DNA of 64,000 nt from Eledone cirrhosa (Eukaryota): the NCBI GenBank assembly GCA_964016885.1, contig OZ024740.1, positions 136,214,001 through 136,278,000 of the forward strand. The letters run 5' to 3'. Of this stretch, positions 45,000-59,109 are shown one piece after another (the stretch's first letter is position 1; every line of letters starts with the position of its first letter). Under the pieces are notes generated by a model that was not told the DNA's origin, did no database searches, and was given only the letters and a program-made list of their open reading frames with translations. The translations under genes were made by a program, and so were the position numbers.

Positions 45000-46872
45000 T
45001 ATAAGAATATATAAAAAATATACATATAACGGTACATAAAGATACACAGTGGGCTATACATGAAAGGGTGCACCTTGTTATATGTGCCTACAGAGATGTT
45101 GTTACGTTGCGAACATGGATCAATCCACGTATGGAATCTTCGCGCAAAGCCACATAATGTGCGTTCATGGTATTACAGTAAGTAGTATGAGCAGACCGTA
45201 CATAGAAAATGCGTGCAGAATATATATAAAAAAGAAGGAACGTGTATGTATATGAGATAGTACACAAGAGAAGTATGAGATACACACGTGGGTCTGTATA
45301 CAGAAAATACAAAATGGAATGTGTGGAGAGTATGCACTCTCTACTGAAAGGGTACACATGCCGGGGGGTGCGTGGACCGGCCATACTGGAGTATGTCACT
45401 GTGGTTGAGGTATGGTGTCTTATTGGTGTAAGACACTTGACTGAATATCAATGGAATCCGGGTCAACCTGTCCCGGCTCAGGCGTTGTTTTTGCCTAGGT
45501 TGACGTGCAGAGTCGGGTAGGCATCCTGGGTTATTACGCCTTACCCCACGGGGCATATATAGTCAACAGGGTATGGTGTCTGATCCCTTGAACCCGTTTC
45601 GCCGCTCTGGTCGGCGTGCGCTCCGCCAGATGCCTTTAGCTTGGGCTGCCTGGTGGATTCCATGCGAAGAGTGTGCACCTTCTCTGGTGTCTGCACGTCA
45701 TGATTATTTCCGATTTCCGGTTGACCGCATTATCCTTCAGTCTGACTATCTCCATGGCCTCAGATAGGCATAGCCTACACTTTCTATTTCCAACCAAATA
45801 TGCATTCGCGTGCCGAACCATACTCCAGTTGAGGGCATACGGGGTGCCTTTGTCTTTCAAGTCCCACACCAGGTCCGCCAGCCTAGTAGAGTGCCTCTTG
45901 CTCCGGTCCTTGAAAGAGTTTGTGTGGTTATACATCCGCGATTTAAAGGTCAGGATGTTGCGTCGATGTAAGTGCGCTTTATATTGTGCGTGCTAACCAC
46001 ACATTTATATACCAGGCCCTTCATTAGGCATCTTCCCTGCAGAGGGCACTGTGTGTCCGCTCTGCAGTTGCACGTTCTGTCGTTATATTGTTCATTTCGG
46101 ACGCCTGGCCCTTGATCTACCACGGCCCTCTCCCGATTCTCTGGGTGTTGTTCTGTCGACACAGTGGTCTCCCCTCCGCCACTCATTTCCGTCCGGCGTT
46201 GGATTGTATCGTCTTCCGCGGGCGTGGCGGCCGTCGCAGGGGCCGCGTTATAGTTGGAAGACCGGTCTGCAGGATGGTCATTCGGCCGCCGCGGTTGACG
46301 GTCGAGGTTCCCCACCTTTGCCGCATTGGTTTTGGCCATGTAGTCTGCCATGTTAGGTGCGGTGGAGAAGGAGAACTTCACCGTGTGGCGGTTGAAAATC
46401 TTGTGGTATCTGCTCGATGGCGGGAAGCACTCGTCAAACGCTCGGAAGAAGAGGCCTGGTATATTGCTGCATACATGCTTAGAGTACGGCGTGTTAAACC
46501 ATGTAACGGCCTTAGACCTTGTCTTGTTCCTTCGTGTGTGTGTAGTAGTGTGAATGTGTGTTGGGTCAGGTGTCCGTCTCGGGTTTTGCCCGCCCGTTAT
46601 TTCGTCCCCTATGTTGCCGCTATCTATATGTCTACCGTGGACGTCGGGGTTACGCCGTTCGCTTAGTGAGGTATTCCGGTTTGTATTGTCGGCTCTACTG
46701 TTAGTCTCGTTAATGCTATGCGGTGCTGTTGTCGGGGCTATATCATTGCTACTTGGCAGGGTGTTCCCTCTACCGGGTTTCACGGCCGTATTTGTCCTTA
46801 CCCTGTCTCTAGTTCTAGTTTCCGCGACGCATGTGGTGCGCGTGCCGGGCTTCTATCTACGTGTACTGGGTG
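45000..46872 (-). mobile_element. 5'-truncated Penelope-like element (Naiad-like GIY-YIG), no RT
   Basis: WFNTPYS...HKIFNRHTVKFSFS linker, CNCRADTQC (CxCx5C), GLVYKC..TYID, a 1-nt frameshift, then TFKSRMYNH...CRLCLSE...NRKSE...CRH. Abuts (CA)n; 3' boundary approximate. Confidence 0.85.
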
Positions 46873-46953
<81 letters not shown>

Positions 46954-46954
46954 G

Positions 46955-47240
46955 TGGGGGCACGTGGCCTAGTGGTAAGAGTGCTGGGCTTACGATCATA
47001 ATGCCGTGGGTTCGATTCCTGGGTTGCGTGTTGTGTTCTTGAGCAAAACACTTCATTTCACGTTGCTCCAGTATACTCAGATGGAAATGAGTACCGGCAA
47101 TAGCTGGAGGTTTAACCCTGCGATGGACTGGCGTCCTGTCCAGGGGAGGGGGGGGGGAGTCTTGTACTCTCAGTCGCTTCACGCCATGAAACCGGGATAA
47201 GCACCGGGCAAATGAGCCTTCTGGCTTAAGACAGACTTTA
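46955..47240 (+). mobile_element. tRNA-derived SINE family B, full-length-like copy
   Basis: A-box TGGCCTAGTGG, B-box GGTTCGATTCC; inserted in (TA)n. Confidence 0.8.
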
Positions 47241-47582
47241 GATATATATATATATATACCTTCAAGTAAACATTACATGATATATTTTATTTACAGTTGT
47301 ATAAATATAATAATTGTTTCTTCTTTTTGGCACAGTATGAAATGAAGAGAAGTATAATATTATAAAAAGAAAGAAAAAAAAAAAATATATATATATATTA
47401 TTATATATATATATTATTATATATATATTGTTTCTACTTTTGGCACAAGGCCAGCAATTATTCCAGTAATATATTATTACTGGTAATATATCTAAACTAT
47501 AATAAAGTAAGGAGTGAGGGACTGCGTACGGTTTATTTCTTTTAATCCATTAGTAAAATAAGTTGGATTACTTTGAATAAAT

Positions 47583-47770
47583 AATTGTTTCTACTTTAGG
47601 CACAAGGCCAGCAATTATCCAGTTCATTACTGGTAGTTTATTTTATCGACCTAGTAAGGATGAAAGGCAAAGTCAACCTCGGCGGGATTTGAACTCAGAT
47701 CGTAAAGGGACGTAACTATGCTGGAAAGAATGGCGTCCGACCCTCTACCGATACTGCCAATCCACCGCCC
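47583..47770 (-). mobile_element. SINE family A copy with TSD ttactttgaataaataat
   Basis: Direct repeats at 47568 and 47772. Confidence 0.85.
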
Positions 47771-48169
47771 TTTACTTTGAATAAATAATGAATTAATATT
47801 ACATAATTTATGTACTAAATTTCGTAACTAAATTTCGTAAATATAAATAATTTAAAATTGACTTCTTTTCAAAGTTTCAAATTTCTACACTTCCGGTATA
47901 TTGTCGCCACCACCACCACATCGACTACCATATATATATAAAATGAGAGAGTTTGTGATGAGAGAGATAGAGTGATTATGATTTTCTACACGCTGGCGCG
48001 TATGATTGTGCACATACATACATCTATAAGTATGAGCATATAACTATAATCGCGCAAACACAAACTTATAAAAATACACGCTCACGGACATACATTCAGA
48101 TAAATACACATGCTTTCACACATATATATTTACACAAACACACATTTACACAGACACACACATACACAT

Positions 48170-49400
48170 ACAGTCATGATAGCGTTCGGTGAATTGGAAA
48201 TGGGAGAGTAAAACAAGTATAACGTTTTATTTATTTATTAACAACAGAGTTTAACTCTTTTGTAAAAAAAAAAATCATTTGTATAAAAATTTAATATAAC
48301 GCTTACAGAACGAAAACAGAAACCAAAGGAAAGGAAAACGAAAAAAAAAAGAAAGAGAAAAAATATAAGCACGTAATGCACACATCTACGACCACATAGG
48401 CTAGATAATGTAGTTAACTAACAGAACATGGTATTTTAGGATTTTGTTCCGTTCAACTGCGGATGCTGTAGCTCTCACTCTTACCGCTGCATCCAGGATG
48501 TGGGAAGAAGCAAAAGAGTAACTAACTGTGACGTCCCATTCACACAAATACACATACTTTCACACAAACACATACATACATTCACACAAACACGCATTCA
48601 CACATATACATTTACACAAACACACATACAGTCATGATAGCGTTCGGTGAATTGGAAATGGGAGGGCAAAAGTACAACTTTTTATTTATTTATTAACAAC
48701 ACAGTTTAACTTTTTTTTTTTAAACTCATTTGTATAAAAATTTAATATAATGATTACAGAACGAAAACACTAACAAATATGATATATAAAAAGGAAAGGG
48801 AAAGAGAAAAAATACACAAGCACGTAATACCCACATCTTAGACCACACAGAACAATATGCAGGCGAAAGAATGGAAAAACGAGACGCTACCAGAGCAAAA
48901 GATAGCAATATAGCGAGGAGCACTAGGAAACCTCTCTAATAAGTTTTGAGGCAAGCCAGCACGCTCGCAGCGTTACCTGGGGTAATGGCGAGGCTGAGGT
49001 GCTGGAACAACTAAGTGCCCTCACGAGCATCACCAGTTACCTCTGTTTGGCGAGCCGCCAGTGAAGATAAGAACCTGGTTGTCAGTAGCCCGACTCCCCC
49101 AAACGTCTCTAACGCTACAGGCTGGATAATGTAGTTAGCTGACAGAACATGGTATTTTAAGATTTTGTTCCGTTCAGCTGCGGATGCTGTAGCTCTCGCC
49201 CTTACCGCTACATCCAGGATTGGGGAAGCAAAAGTGTCACTAACTGTGACGTCCCAGGTAAGGCACCTGCCTCTTGACCAGGAGCACAGAGTAAGACCGT
49301 CAAGTCTTTTCCCATCAATTCTGGACAACCCAGAAAGTTTCAAAATTGAGGAGATGTTTGCCCGGGCCAAAGCTCTTGAGTGGTAATAGGACAGTGTGTG
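48170..49400 (-). mobile_element. Two tandem CRE-like LINE 3' ends (restriction-like endonuclease)
   Basis: DGKRLDG...WDVTV...AERNKILKY...PVALETFG...GNAASV at 48960-49400. An internally deleted duplicate lies at 48170-48540. Confidence 0.8.
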
Positions 49401-49837
49401 TATGTGCACGCGCGAGTTTGTCGGTGTTCTTAAATTAGAGACATCTGTGTGTGTGTGTCACAGTTTTTAAGTTAGAGACATAGGGTTTTGGTATATGTAC
49501 GTTTGGTGAACATATGTGTATTTACCTGTAGGTATGTGTGCGTTATATATGCATTTATGCGTGTATATTTACATATGTATACACACATATATATTTATAT
49601 GTGTATTTGGTATATACGTTCGTATGTGTGCGGGTATATGTGTCCCGCCGGTTTACGTACGTGTGCGCGTGTTTATGTGTACAAGCATGTATATGCATGC
49701 ATGGCGTGTGTTTTCGCGTATGCACGTGTATGTACGTATATAGATGTGTGTATGTATATATTTAATTATTATTACTTTTATGATTTTAATAACCTCTGTC
49801 ATTTTCGTTCAACTAATTTATTTACATTATTCTTAGG

Positions 49838-50010
49838 TGGATTGGCAGTATCGGACGCCATGCTTTGCACCAAAGGGTTACGGCCCCCTATGGTCTGAGT
49901 TCAAATCCCGCCGAGGTTAACTTTGCCTTTCATCCTTACGGGGTCGATAAAATAATGGACCAGTAATGTACAGGGTAATTGCTGGCCTTGTGCCAAAAGT
50001 AGAAACAATT
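49838..50010 (+). mobile_element. SINE family A copy
   Basis: Family A sequence with attattctta flanks. Confidence 0.8.
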
Positions 50011-50341
50011 ATTCTTAACTCCGAAGCCCAGAATCATTCGGTTTCCTAAATAGAGTGTTAGAATATTAGTCTAATGATTCCAATTCATTAGACTAATTAT
50101 ACCATAAACGTGGTTTTGTCTTTGCGTGTAATTATTCTCGTCGCTCCACATAACGACGTATTATCTTCGCTTTTTTCCCGTTCATTGCCAGGGAACGTCT
50201 TCACGAACCAAAGTATCGTCTTCCTGTTTTCCTTCGGCTGCAACGTGTTCCGAAATATTTACTTCTGCGTTCACAGATTGATTTTTCTTTAGTTTCAGAA
50301 GATCCCGTTAAGCAGCGATTCTTTGTTTAAACTTTAATCTG

Positions 50342-50374
<33 letters not shown>

Positions 50375-50764
50375 AATTTTAGTACAGCATCAACGAAGCT
50401 TTTGGTAGCAGCCAAGCCAACGAATGTAGTTTCGGTGTGCAGCTAAGCACTCAATGGAGAATATTACCCCAGAGTTATAACATTACGTTTAGACAGCTTT
50501 GCAAATCAAATACAGTGACCGATAGACGAGCCGCAGAGACCATAGCGACGAAAAAAACTGAACTCAGGAAAACTTTTGACTGATTGGACATGTTCTGCAG
50601 CATATAGTTACGCCCTTTTATGTTCTGAGTTCAAATCCCGTTGTGGTTAGCTTTGTCTTTCATGCTTATGAGGCCGACAAAATAAAGTACCAGTAAAGTA
50701 TTTAGTCGACTTTCCCCTTCCCTTCACATTGCTGGCCTTGTGCCAAAAGTAGGAACACTCTCAT

Positions 50765-50868
<104 letters not shown>

Positions 50869-51151
50869 AAAGGTAAACAGAAATAACAACAAAATCGGTA
50901 CCAGAGACATATGTTGCAGAAAGCAAGACATTTACAATACAGCAGGTAGACATATATGTATATATTCCACCGTAGAGATGCACATATAAGACTCATCAGA
51001 GAAAGATTTATGTCCTTAAAGATGTTACAGAAGGAATAGTCCAAGTGTGCACGACAGCAAAGTATGGGCTACACATTTGTGAAACGTTTATCCTTTAAAA
51101 ATTATGGAGATATTAAGAATACGTCCATTTCCATGATATATCTATTGTTTG

Positions 51152-51186
<35 letters not shown>

Positions 51187-51401
51187 AAAGAATAGAGGTG
51201 TAACACACAAGTTATTATATATTGGTAAACGGAAGAGAAAATGCTGACAAATTGTTCACAGTTGAAAAATGGTTTAATTAGGAATAAAAGAGTATTAGTG
51301 ATTGTATGGGTTAGTATTCAGTTGTGGTTTTAAGTTTTTACCGGTTGCGCATTTCTAAATGCTTTTCAAAAATAATTTTGAGATAGAGTGTCCGTGCTAT
51401 A

Positions 51402-51704
<303 letters not shown>

Positions 51705-51720
51705 ATGTATATATATATAA

Positions 51721-51752
<32 letters not shown>

Positions 51753-52170
51753 ATGTGTACATATCTATATACATGTGTATGTATGTATATATATATATAT
51801 ATGTATGTATATATGTATATGCATATGTATGTATATGCGCGGGGACATAGAAATAATCGGGCTGGATACCCGGGAGTGAAGTACCCCTAGCCTTTGTCAG
51901 GGCATTCTTCTAGGAGAAGGCAACTCAGGAAACTGGGATAACTCCGATATAAAACCTGCGGCTCAGTAGTTACCGATGATGTTGATATTTTCTTCTTTTC
52001 GGGTTATAGCTAGTGTCGCTCAGAGAGTGGGATTGGCTCAGTGCACAGTCTTTCCTCACTTTAAAAAATATCTTCACGCACAGGCATTGCACGATAGAAT
52101 TAATTGATAATTATTAATAATGTTATATCGTGCAATGGCCATACTCGATAACGATGGGGCAGCCATCGTG

Positions 52171-52207
<37 letters not shown>

Positions 52208-52519
52208 AGAGTCAGGACCCCAACGGCTGAGCTCCGGTCGTTTAGACAGCTAGATCCGAACTAAGCCACCAGTATAGGCATTCCAGTCATGAAAATCCTG
52301 CCAGACAGTTTCTCTAGGGCTATATTATTCAATCCCCCCACCCGCCAGTCTCTGATGGAGGCCCAACCTTCCGAGTTCTTTTTACAGAGCTTACAAAAAC
52401 TGAAGGACAACCACAATAAGTGAGTGAACCTGAGAGGAGAATATGTTGAATAAAATCATAATTAACTGATCTTCTTGTATTTTCTTTTACCTAAATCCAG
52501 GAACTTTTTAGCACACCTA

Positions 52520-53090
52520 CGTCGTTCCATGGAAGCAGGTGAAGAAGTTCAAGTATCTTGGGGCTGTTTTAACGAGTAGAGGCTAAATTAAATGCAAGAA
52601 TTTCCGGAATTGAGGCAATAATGCGCCAGCTTCAGCATTCGGTCAAACTCGCTAGCTTCAATTCGGTGTTTACGCCTATCCTTGCCTATGGTCATGGATC
52701 TTAGGTAATGACACAAAGAATACAACTGCGAATACAAGCAGGGTTTCTCCGTACGGGATTCCTCCGAAGGGTCTTTAGAGTAACATTACTTGATAAGGTG
52801 TGTAGCTCGGAAATCAGGAAGTCGCTCCTGGTAGAAACATTACTTCTCACAGCTCCGATACTACGGACATGTGGTTTGAATGTCTAAGAAAAGAATCGCT
52901 GAACATATTTTACCTGCAAAGCCTACAAGCAGGGGACCCAGGAGGAGACCACAAGCAAGATGGTTGGATAACATCCATGAATTCGGTTGATTTCGCTCGT
53001 GGATTCAGCCGGATCAATTGAAGGCGATTGTTTCTGACAGGACCCTCTGGAAGGCGTGTTTAGGAATCTGCACCCCATGACCCTCCCAGT

Positions 53091-53133
<43 letters not shown>
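52520..53133 (+). mobile_element. Decayed RTE-related LINE 3' end with (CAA)n tail
   Basis: QVKKFKYLG, PILAYGH and YGHV remnants; long (CAA)n tail. Confidence 0.7.
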
Positions 53134-53134
<1 letters not shown>

Positions 53135-53163
53135 GATGAGGATGATGATGATGGTATATATAA

Positions 53164-53253
<90 letters not shown>

Positions 53254-54419
53254 TAGAAAAGTAACACACGAGTTGATATATATAAAAACAAATAGTAGAG
53301 AGGAAAAAGATTTTTTCAGTAGAAAATGCTGAAGAGATTCTTTCAGTATAAGATCAAAACACTTATTTATAAAGTGGATATTTCCACATTTAATAATACC
53401 GGTTTCAGCATTATATGCTTTTTCAACTGTGGACATGCATAATGTAATTATGTTGCATATTTATACGAATAATAAAAGAGGGAAGAAAAATTATTAGTTT
53501 TTACATACATATTTAGAGAGGAGAGTTCATATCTCTGTCTGTGTTTGTCCTTCGTTCTCTGTTGGCAACAGATACAATTTAAACCTGGAGCAATTGTAGT
53601 AACGGACGAATAGGAGACGAGCGAGCAAGGTTGTAACTAATTCAATTACATGCTAAATTGTGCATTAAGCAGCTAAAGTGTACTAGAAATTCGTATCTGT
53701 ATAAAATGTTACAGGATTTAACCAACACTGTGGAAAATATGTATGTAAATACACACATTTATATATGTAAATATGTCTTACATTTTCTTTATTACTTTTT
53801 TAGTGGATGAAGGCCAGATGCGATTACTTTTTGTGATCGTCAAAACATGGTAAAAGAAAGAAAGTTATCTTTCGGCTGGAAAGACCTGGTTTGAATGCTG
53901 GCACACATGAGAAGGAACACGATTGGTACGTGGTGTTGTTATACAGTTATACTATCGTTTTGATAACAAATATTACTAAGAAAAGGGAGAAAATAAAAAT
54001 AATCAACCCTGGATACTTGTTTTGAATAGAGTCGCTGCTGCTGTATGACTGAACAATTAGTGACTACTTCAAACTTGTTGTAAGGGAGATAACTCTGTTT
54101 TATTCATTGTATTTGACTTCCAACTGATCTCTCCTGCTTTTAAAATGTGTTAGCCTTCATTACTTGTTCCTTCGTACTTCAGAAGATGTTTTAAAGACCT
54201 TGACCCACGATTCTCATGAAAGTAACTTGTCACTATTTGTTAGAAATCTTACTTAAATCATATCCTACCTTCTAAAAAAAGTACTGGGAGTGAGCATTGA
54301 ATAATGTAGCCCTAGATAAATTGTCTGGCAGGATTTTCAAAACTGGAATGCCTTTGATCGAGGTTGTTAAAGTCTGTTTCAAGCCCAGATGTTCATCAGG
54401 CCGGAGCTTAGCGTTAAGC

Positions 54420-54625
54420 GACTGGGAATAAATTCTCCCTGATGGACATTACATCAATCTACCGCAGGGTTAACCTCAGCTACTGCTGCTACTCATTTTC
54501 AACTGAGTGTAATGGAGCAATGTGAAAAGAAATGTTTGGCTCAAGAACACAACGTGCCACTCGGTCCAAAAATCGAACCAACAACTTTATAATCGTAAGT
54601 CCAATACCTTAACCACTAGGCCATG
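54420..54625 (-). mobile_element. SINE family B degenerate copy
   Basis: Reverse complement has tggcctagtggttaagg and ggttcgattt. Confidence 0.6.
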
Positions 54626-56167
54626 AATAGTTATCAGTAAATGCATGAGTCAATGATAAGAAAGTGTAAGCAGTGCAGGTTGACAGATCATCATAAAAAA
54701 TGTATGTAGTGACTAACGGTAACAGCACGAACAAGTCAATGAAATGTTGTTGTCCCCTACCCCCACCGCGTTCATCCGCTCTGCCTCGCCGACGTACAGA
54801 ACACATGACGTATAACATCCCTCCTGGCAGACAGAAAAAAGCATATAACTGTAATAGTAACAACATTGTCCCATCACTATGAAAATATCTAAATTTTCAA
54901 AACATGTTCCATCCATACTAGTATGATAAAATGGATAACGCTGAATGAGTTGTCTTTATTTCATCTGGTTTCAACGGCAGTAAAATTACCCAATTTGATC
55001 TTTTTTTTTAACTTGAAATTATTTTTAATTTGGTGTAGAAATATATGATTGAATTAAAGATAATTACGACAGAAATCGAATTAAAACAAATAATTGACGC
55101 AAAGTAATTTTTGAAAGTGGAGAACACAAACCAAGTTCTGGTATCCCATTTGTTCTACAGTTGTTTACTCTCTCCTCGTTCACTCATATGATCTCCTCTC
55201 CCCCATGTGATGCCCTTTCACTCCAATGATATTCCCCCTTTTCTCCTGTGATGTCTTCCAACCTTAACTCACCCTTTGATCTGTGTGCACTCCGATATTC
55301 ATGGTCCAAGAAATGCCACTATACAACAGCCGAGGTCAATGTTATAATCGGCCACATCAGTGTTACAATAGCCAAGAGGCGAAAGTATTTACGTTATTGA
55401 AGCCTGAAAATCGTGAGTTCTTATCCAATAACAAACATTTCATTGTGTTTAAGGACAATACGCTTAACATTAATTTACAATACAGCTATACAGACCAAAT
55501 GACTGGATCTATTGTAAGGAAATTTTAGAACTGCACAAATCCTTGAGGCAAGTGCCGTGACCCATCAAGTAAGGCCCATCAACTCTCCCCGTCCAGCGGG
55601 GAGATCTCCCACCCACTTTGGGGTGGGTGAGAGATGTCTTCTCTCGTAAAAATGAGTATAGCTTTCATTATGTAAAATCTCCCCATTTTGCCTCATTTCT
55701 CCCCGTTTGGGGCACTTTTTTTCATGGTATTCCCTGTTTGGGCTTTTAAAGGTTGGCAGGTCTGCAGTGTTTGATATTCTCTGAGTCTAAGAAGCATTTG
55801 TAATGATTATTTCAAATATTTTATGAGTGTTTTAAGTCTTTTAACCATCATTTACCATGTCAACGCATGTAATATATGACACAAGATGTAAACTTACTGC
55901 ATAAAATTAAATTTAGAATTACACGAACCGGGATCATATACAAATTAAAATAATCCCTGCCGAGGGAATTATTTGTTCCAGGCAGACTGTTTTATGCTGC
56001 AGTCACTAGATTGCCTTCTTAGACGAGATTATTATCTCTACTTGACCTCCCGAGAAAAATACAAAAGGCTTCTTACTTTATTAAGGTATTATAATTATTG
56101 AACATATCATTTAGTGGTGGTGTTATTTTTTTTGTTGTCATTTTAGAAAATTTCATTTTATTAATCA

Positions 56168-56684
56168 CTAGCAGTGGTACCCGGCGTTGCACGGGATAAG
56201 GTATTTTGGAACGCGAGCCACCAACAGAACTAATCGTGGAAAAACTGCATGCCTGGGCAATATGTAAATAAAATAAACCGAATACTCTGATGGCTGGATA
56301 ATCTTTAAGATTGTCCTCGGTGAAGCAGGAAAAATGCAGGTTTTGACCTAATGCGAGCCCTAGGGGATCAAGAAAATGAATTTTTTTATGTGCAAAATAT
56401 GCCTTGAAATTTCGGGAAAATCGGCTAGACGAAACGCCTCAAAAAAGCCCTAAAAAGCTGAAAAAATGAAGGTTTTCACCTAAAGGCCATAAAAAAGTTT
56501 TTCACCTATTGCGGGCCCTAAGGGATCAAAAAGTTGAATTTTGTGCATAACACTCCCTGAAATATAAGTAATACACATGTAAAGTTTGAAAAAATTCGGT
56601 TGGGTACTTCTCGAGTTTTAGGGATTCAAACTCACAGACACACACAGACAGACATCCTCAGTTTTATATATATATATATATAGA
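56168..56684 (-). mobile_element. Complete non-autonomous Helitron (517 bp)
   Basis: 5' TC(TA)n...gtctgtctgtgtg; 3' hairpin cccgtgcaacgccggg and CTAG; inserted between A and T with no TSD. Confidence 0.85.
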
Positions 56685-56752
56685 TTATTGATATACAAAA
56701 TATTCCTGCTACAATATTAACTAACATTACTGGTACCACAAAACAACAACAA

Positions 56753-56802
<50 letters not shown>

Positions 56803-57232
56803 TAACATCCAAATTAATAACTAAACATTCCCCTGTGAGGAATCAGATGGTTCATTTAGTGGCTTAGGTCTTCTGGCGTTACTATAGAGTGTCATTAAGT
56901 TGTTTTTGTCCCTTGGTTTTACCGTGGGTGATTAACATCTGTCGTCGAATTTATTGTGTAGTTTTCTGTCTCCGGAGGGGACTTTGAGCTTATGTGATCT
57001 GCATCCATTAAATTATCAACGTCCCTCTAACGTGGCCATACATGGTTTGAAAGTGAATTATACCCCCCCACCACACCCACCGTGGCAATAGAGGATTCTC
57101 TAAGTGGCTTAGCTCATCTTCTTTCCCGGGGTAGCTGTAGAGGTTTCGTTAAATATCGTATGTTAATGTTGACGTTGTTGTTGCTAACGTTGTTTATCAT
57201 TGGTGTTGGAAAGTAACGATTTATGTTACCTT

Positions 57233-57681
57233 TGTAGTAAGACGCCTTTCGCCCCCTGGCGGATAATGGACCAGGCCTAGTTGTCTCCCCCTGGTTGAGA
57301 ACACCGAAGTAAGCAGCAGACAGCCACGGGAAAGCAGACAGCATACAAGCCACAGAAAACAGCCTCTGTACCATGAAACAATAGACAGACCACAGCACCC
57401 AGCAAAGAGCTTTTGTAATTATAATACGCTGCCTTCACCACAACTGGATCACGTAAATATTGGTATGTTTCATTTGTAATGTAAGAAACACATGATAAAC
57501 AAAATAAACATCACCATTATTTACATTGTTAAATATAACTCTCGTTGTGGTTATTGTCTTGTCTACGCACACACCCACTCACTTGTTATAAATATCACTT
57601 ACAAAAATGGTAAATAGACGAGGGACTTTCCCTCAGGTTTATATTGATAAACAATCCAACTAGGATGCTTCAATTACCACA
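57233..57681 (+). repeat. 5' LTR (449 bp)
   Basis: tgtagtaag...ttaccaca; direct repeat of 62495-62944. Confidence 0.95.
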
Positions 57682-57682
57682 C

Positions 57683-57694
57683 TGGTAACCCGAC
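57683..57694 (+). promoter_or_regulatory. Primer-binding site, tRNA-Trp-like
   Basis: TGGTAACCCGAC, 1 nt after the LTR; imperfect match to the complement of the animal tRNA-Trp 3' end (TGGTGACCCCGAC). Confidence 0.65.
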
Positions 57695-58333
57695 TAAAGA
57701 ATTTTACGCAGCCTTTTTATTCAGTTGAACTTAAATATTTCACTGTTATTACCACGTTGCCAACCTTTTCGCAACTTACGAAAATACAAAAAAAAAAAAA
57801 AGACAGAGAAATAATAAAGTGTTTATACGGTATTGACAACATTTTTTTTCCAAGATGGCGTTGCTTTCCTTCTCCGTTTTGTAATTTTCCACCAGGACAG
57901 GGACATTTTGAATTGCGTGTGTGTGTTCCATATTTGACCAGGAATAAAACTTTTTTGTGAACATTACTGCCCCGCGGGGGATATACATGCCTTACTTTTT
58001 TTCTAAGGGATTTTTAGCCACAAGCTACCTATTGTTGATATCCAACGTGGATATATTCTAAAACAAACATTTTTTTTTTCTCTTTTTCTCGGGTTATACG
58101 ATTTGGCTTACCCGTTGAAGCAACACAAGGGGACAGACGTTGAAGGAAAATTTTTTTTTTTTTAAATATGTATATGTACTTTATGTATTTTTGCTATTTC
58201 CTAATGTTTTGAATGTCTGTTTCTTTTTGACCTTTGATTTTTTTTCCATTTTGGGTGTGTACTTTTCCCTGTACGAGGGAACATTAATTGCTGTTTATAT
58301 ATATATATATTTTTTTATTTTAAACGTTTCACA

Positions 58334-59109
58334 ATGAATACGCCACATTTGCCCGCCTTTACCGGAAACCCTAAGCTGTGGTTCGCCCAGCTACATGCGT
58401 ATTGTACGGTCTGTAAGACCGAGTCTGACCAGCGCCTCGCTGTCTTGATTAGCGGACTTCCCCCTAATTTAGCAGATTCGGTCCAAGACCTAATTACAGA
58501 CCCCCCTCTGACTTAACGTATGACTCTTTAAAAGGCGAGATATTGAGAAGGAACTGTAAATCGGTAGAGAGTCGTTTTCGGTCATTGATCGCGGACGAAC
58601 GACTAGGTGACAGAACCCCTACCGCTTTTCTCCGGCATTTGCGGGAATTGAGTGATTCCCAGGATCAGGATAACCCTTTCCTGAAGCAATTGTTCTTCTC
58701 TCGCCTACCTCAAGAGGTACAGGCGATCCTAGCCCATATGCTAGAAGTAAATATACTCGACCACATTGCTGTCTCTGCTGACAAAATAGTAGAAGTGACG
58801 AAGAGAGACACTTCGAAGCAAAAGTACGTTGCTTCCTCTTCTCTTCCTCAACCACGCTCATCAGCGAGTGATGAGAAGTTAGTCAAAACAATGGAAGCCA
58901 TGACTCGTCAAATGGCAGAGTTGTGCCAGGAATTCAGGTCTTTTGGACGGCAGAGGAGCCGCTCACGATCTTATTCAACTCCTCGCCACCGTAGCCTTTC
59001 CAAAACATCAAATCTAATATATTGTTATTACCATGACAAATATGGTGACAAAGCCGCCCGTTGTATGCCTCTTTGTGCTTACAAGGGAAACGACGACCAG
59101 AGTCACTAA
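58334..59109 (+). pseudogene. gag: Gypsy gag, one frameshift near 58505
   Basis: LPAF..NPKLWFAQ...LGDRTP..FL...LFFSRLP...[18 protein letters not shown] (C-x2-H-x9-C-x3-C). Frame changes at the C-run 58501-58506. Confidence 0.88.

Noticed and set aside
45950-45952. TGA in the Naiad-like endonuclease as selenocysteine
   Set aside because: It is not at a Cys position and the conserved protein continues in another frame, so it results from a 1-nt deletion.
46955-47035. tRNA genes at SINE heads
   Set aside because: A and B boxes are present, but they continue into multi-copy SINE bodies, several with TSDs, and no clean cloverleaf is evident.
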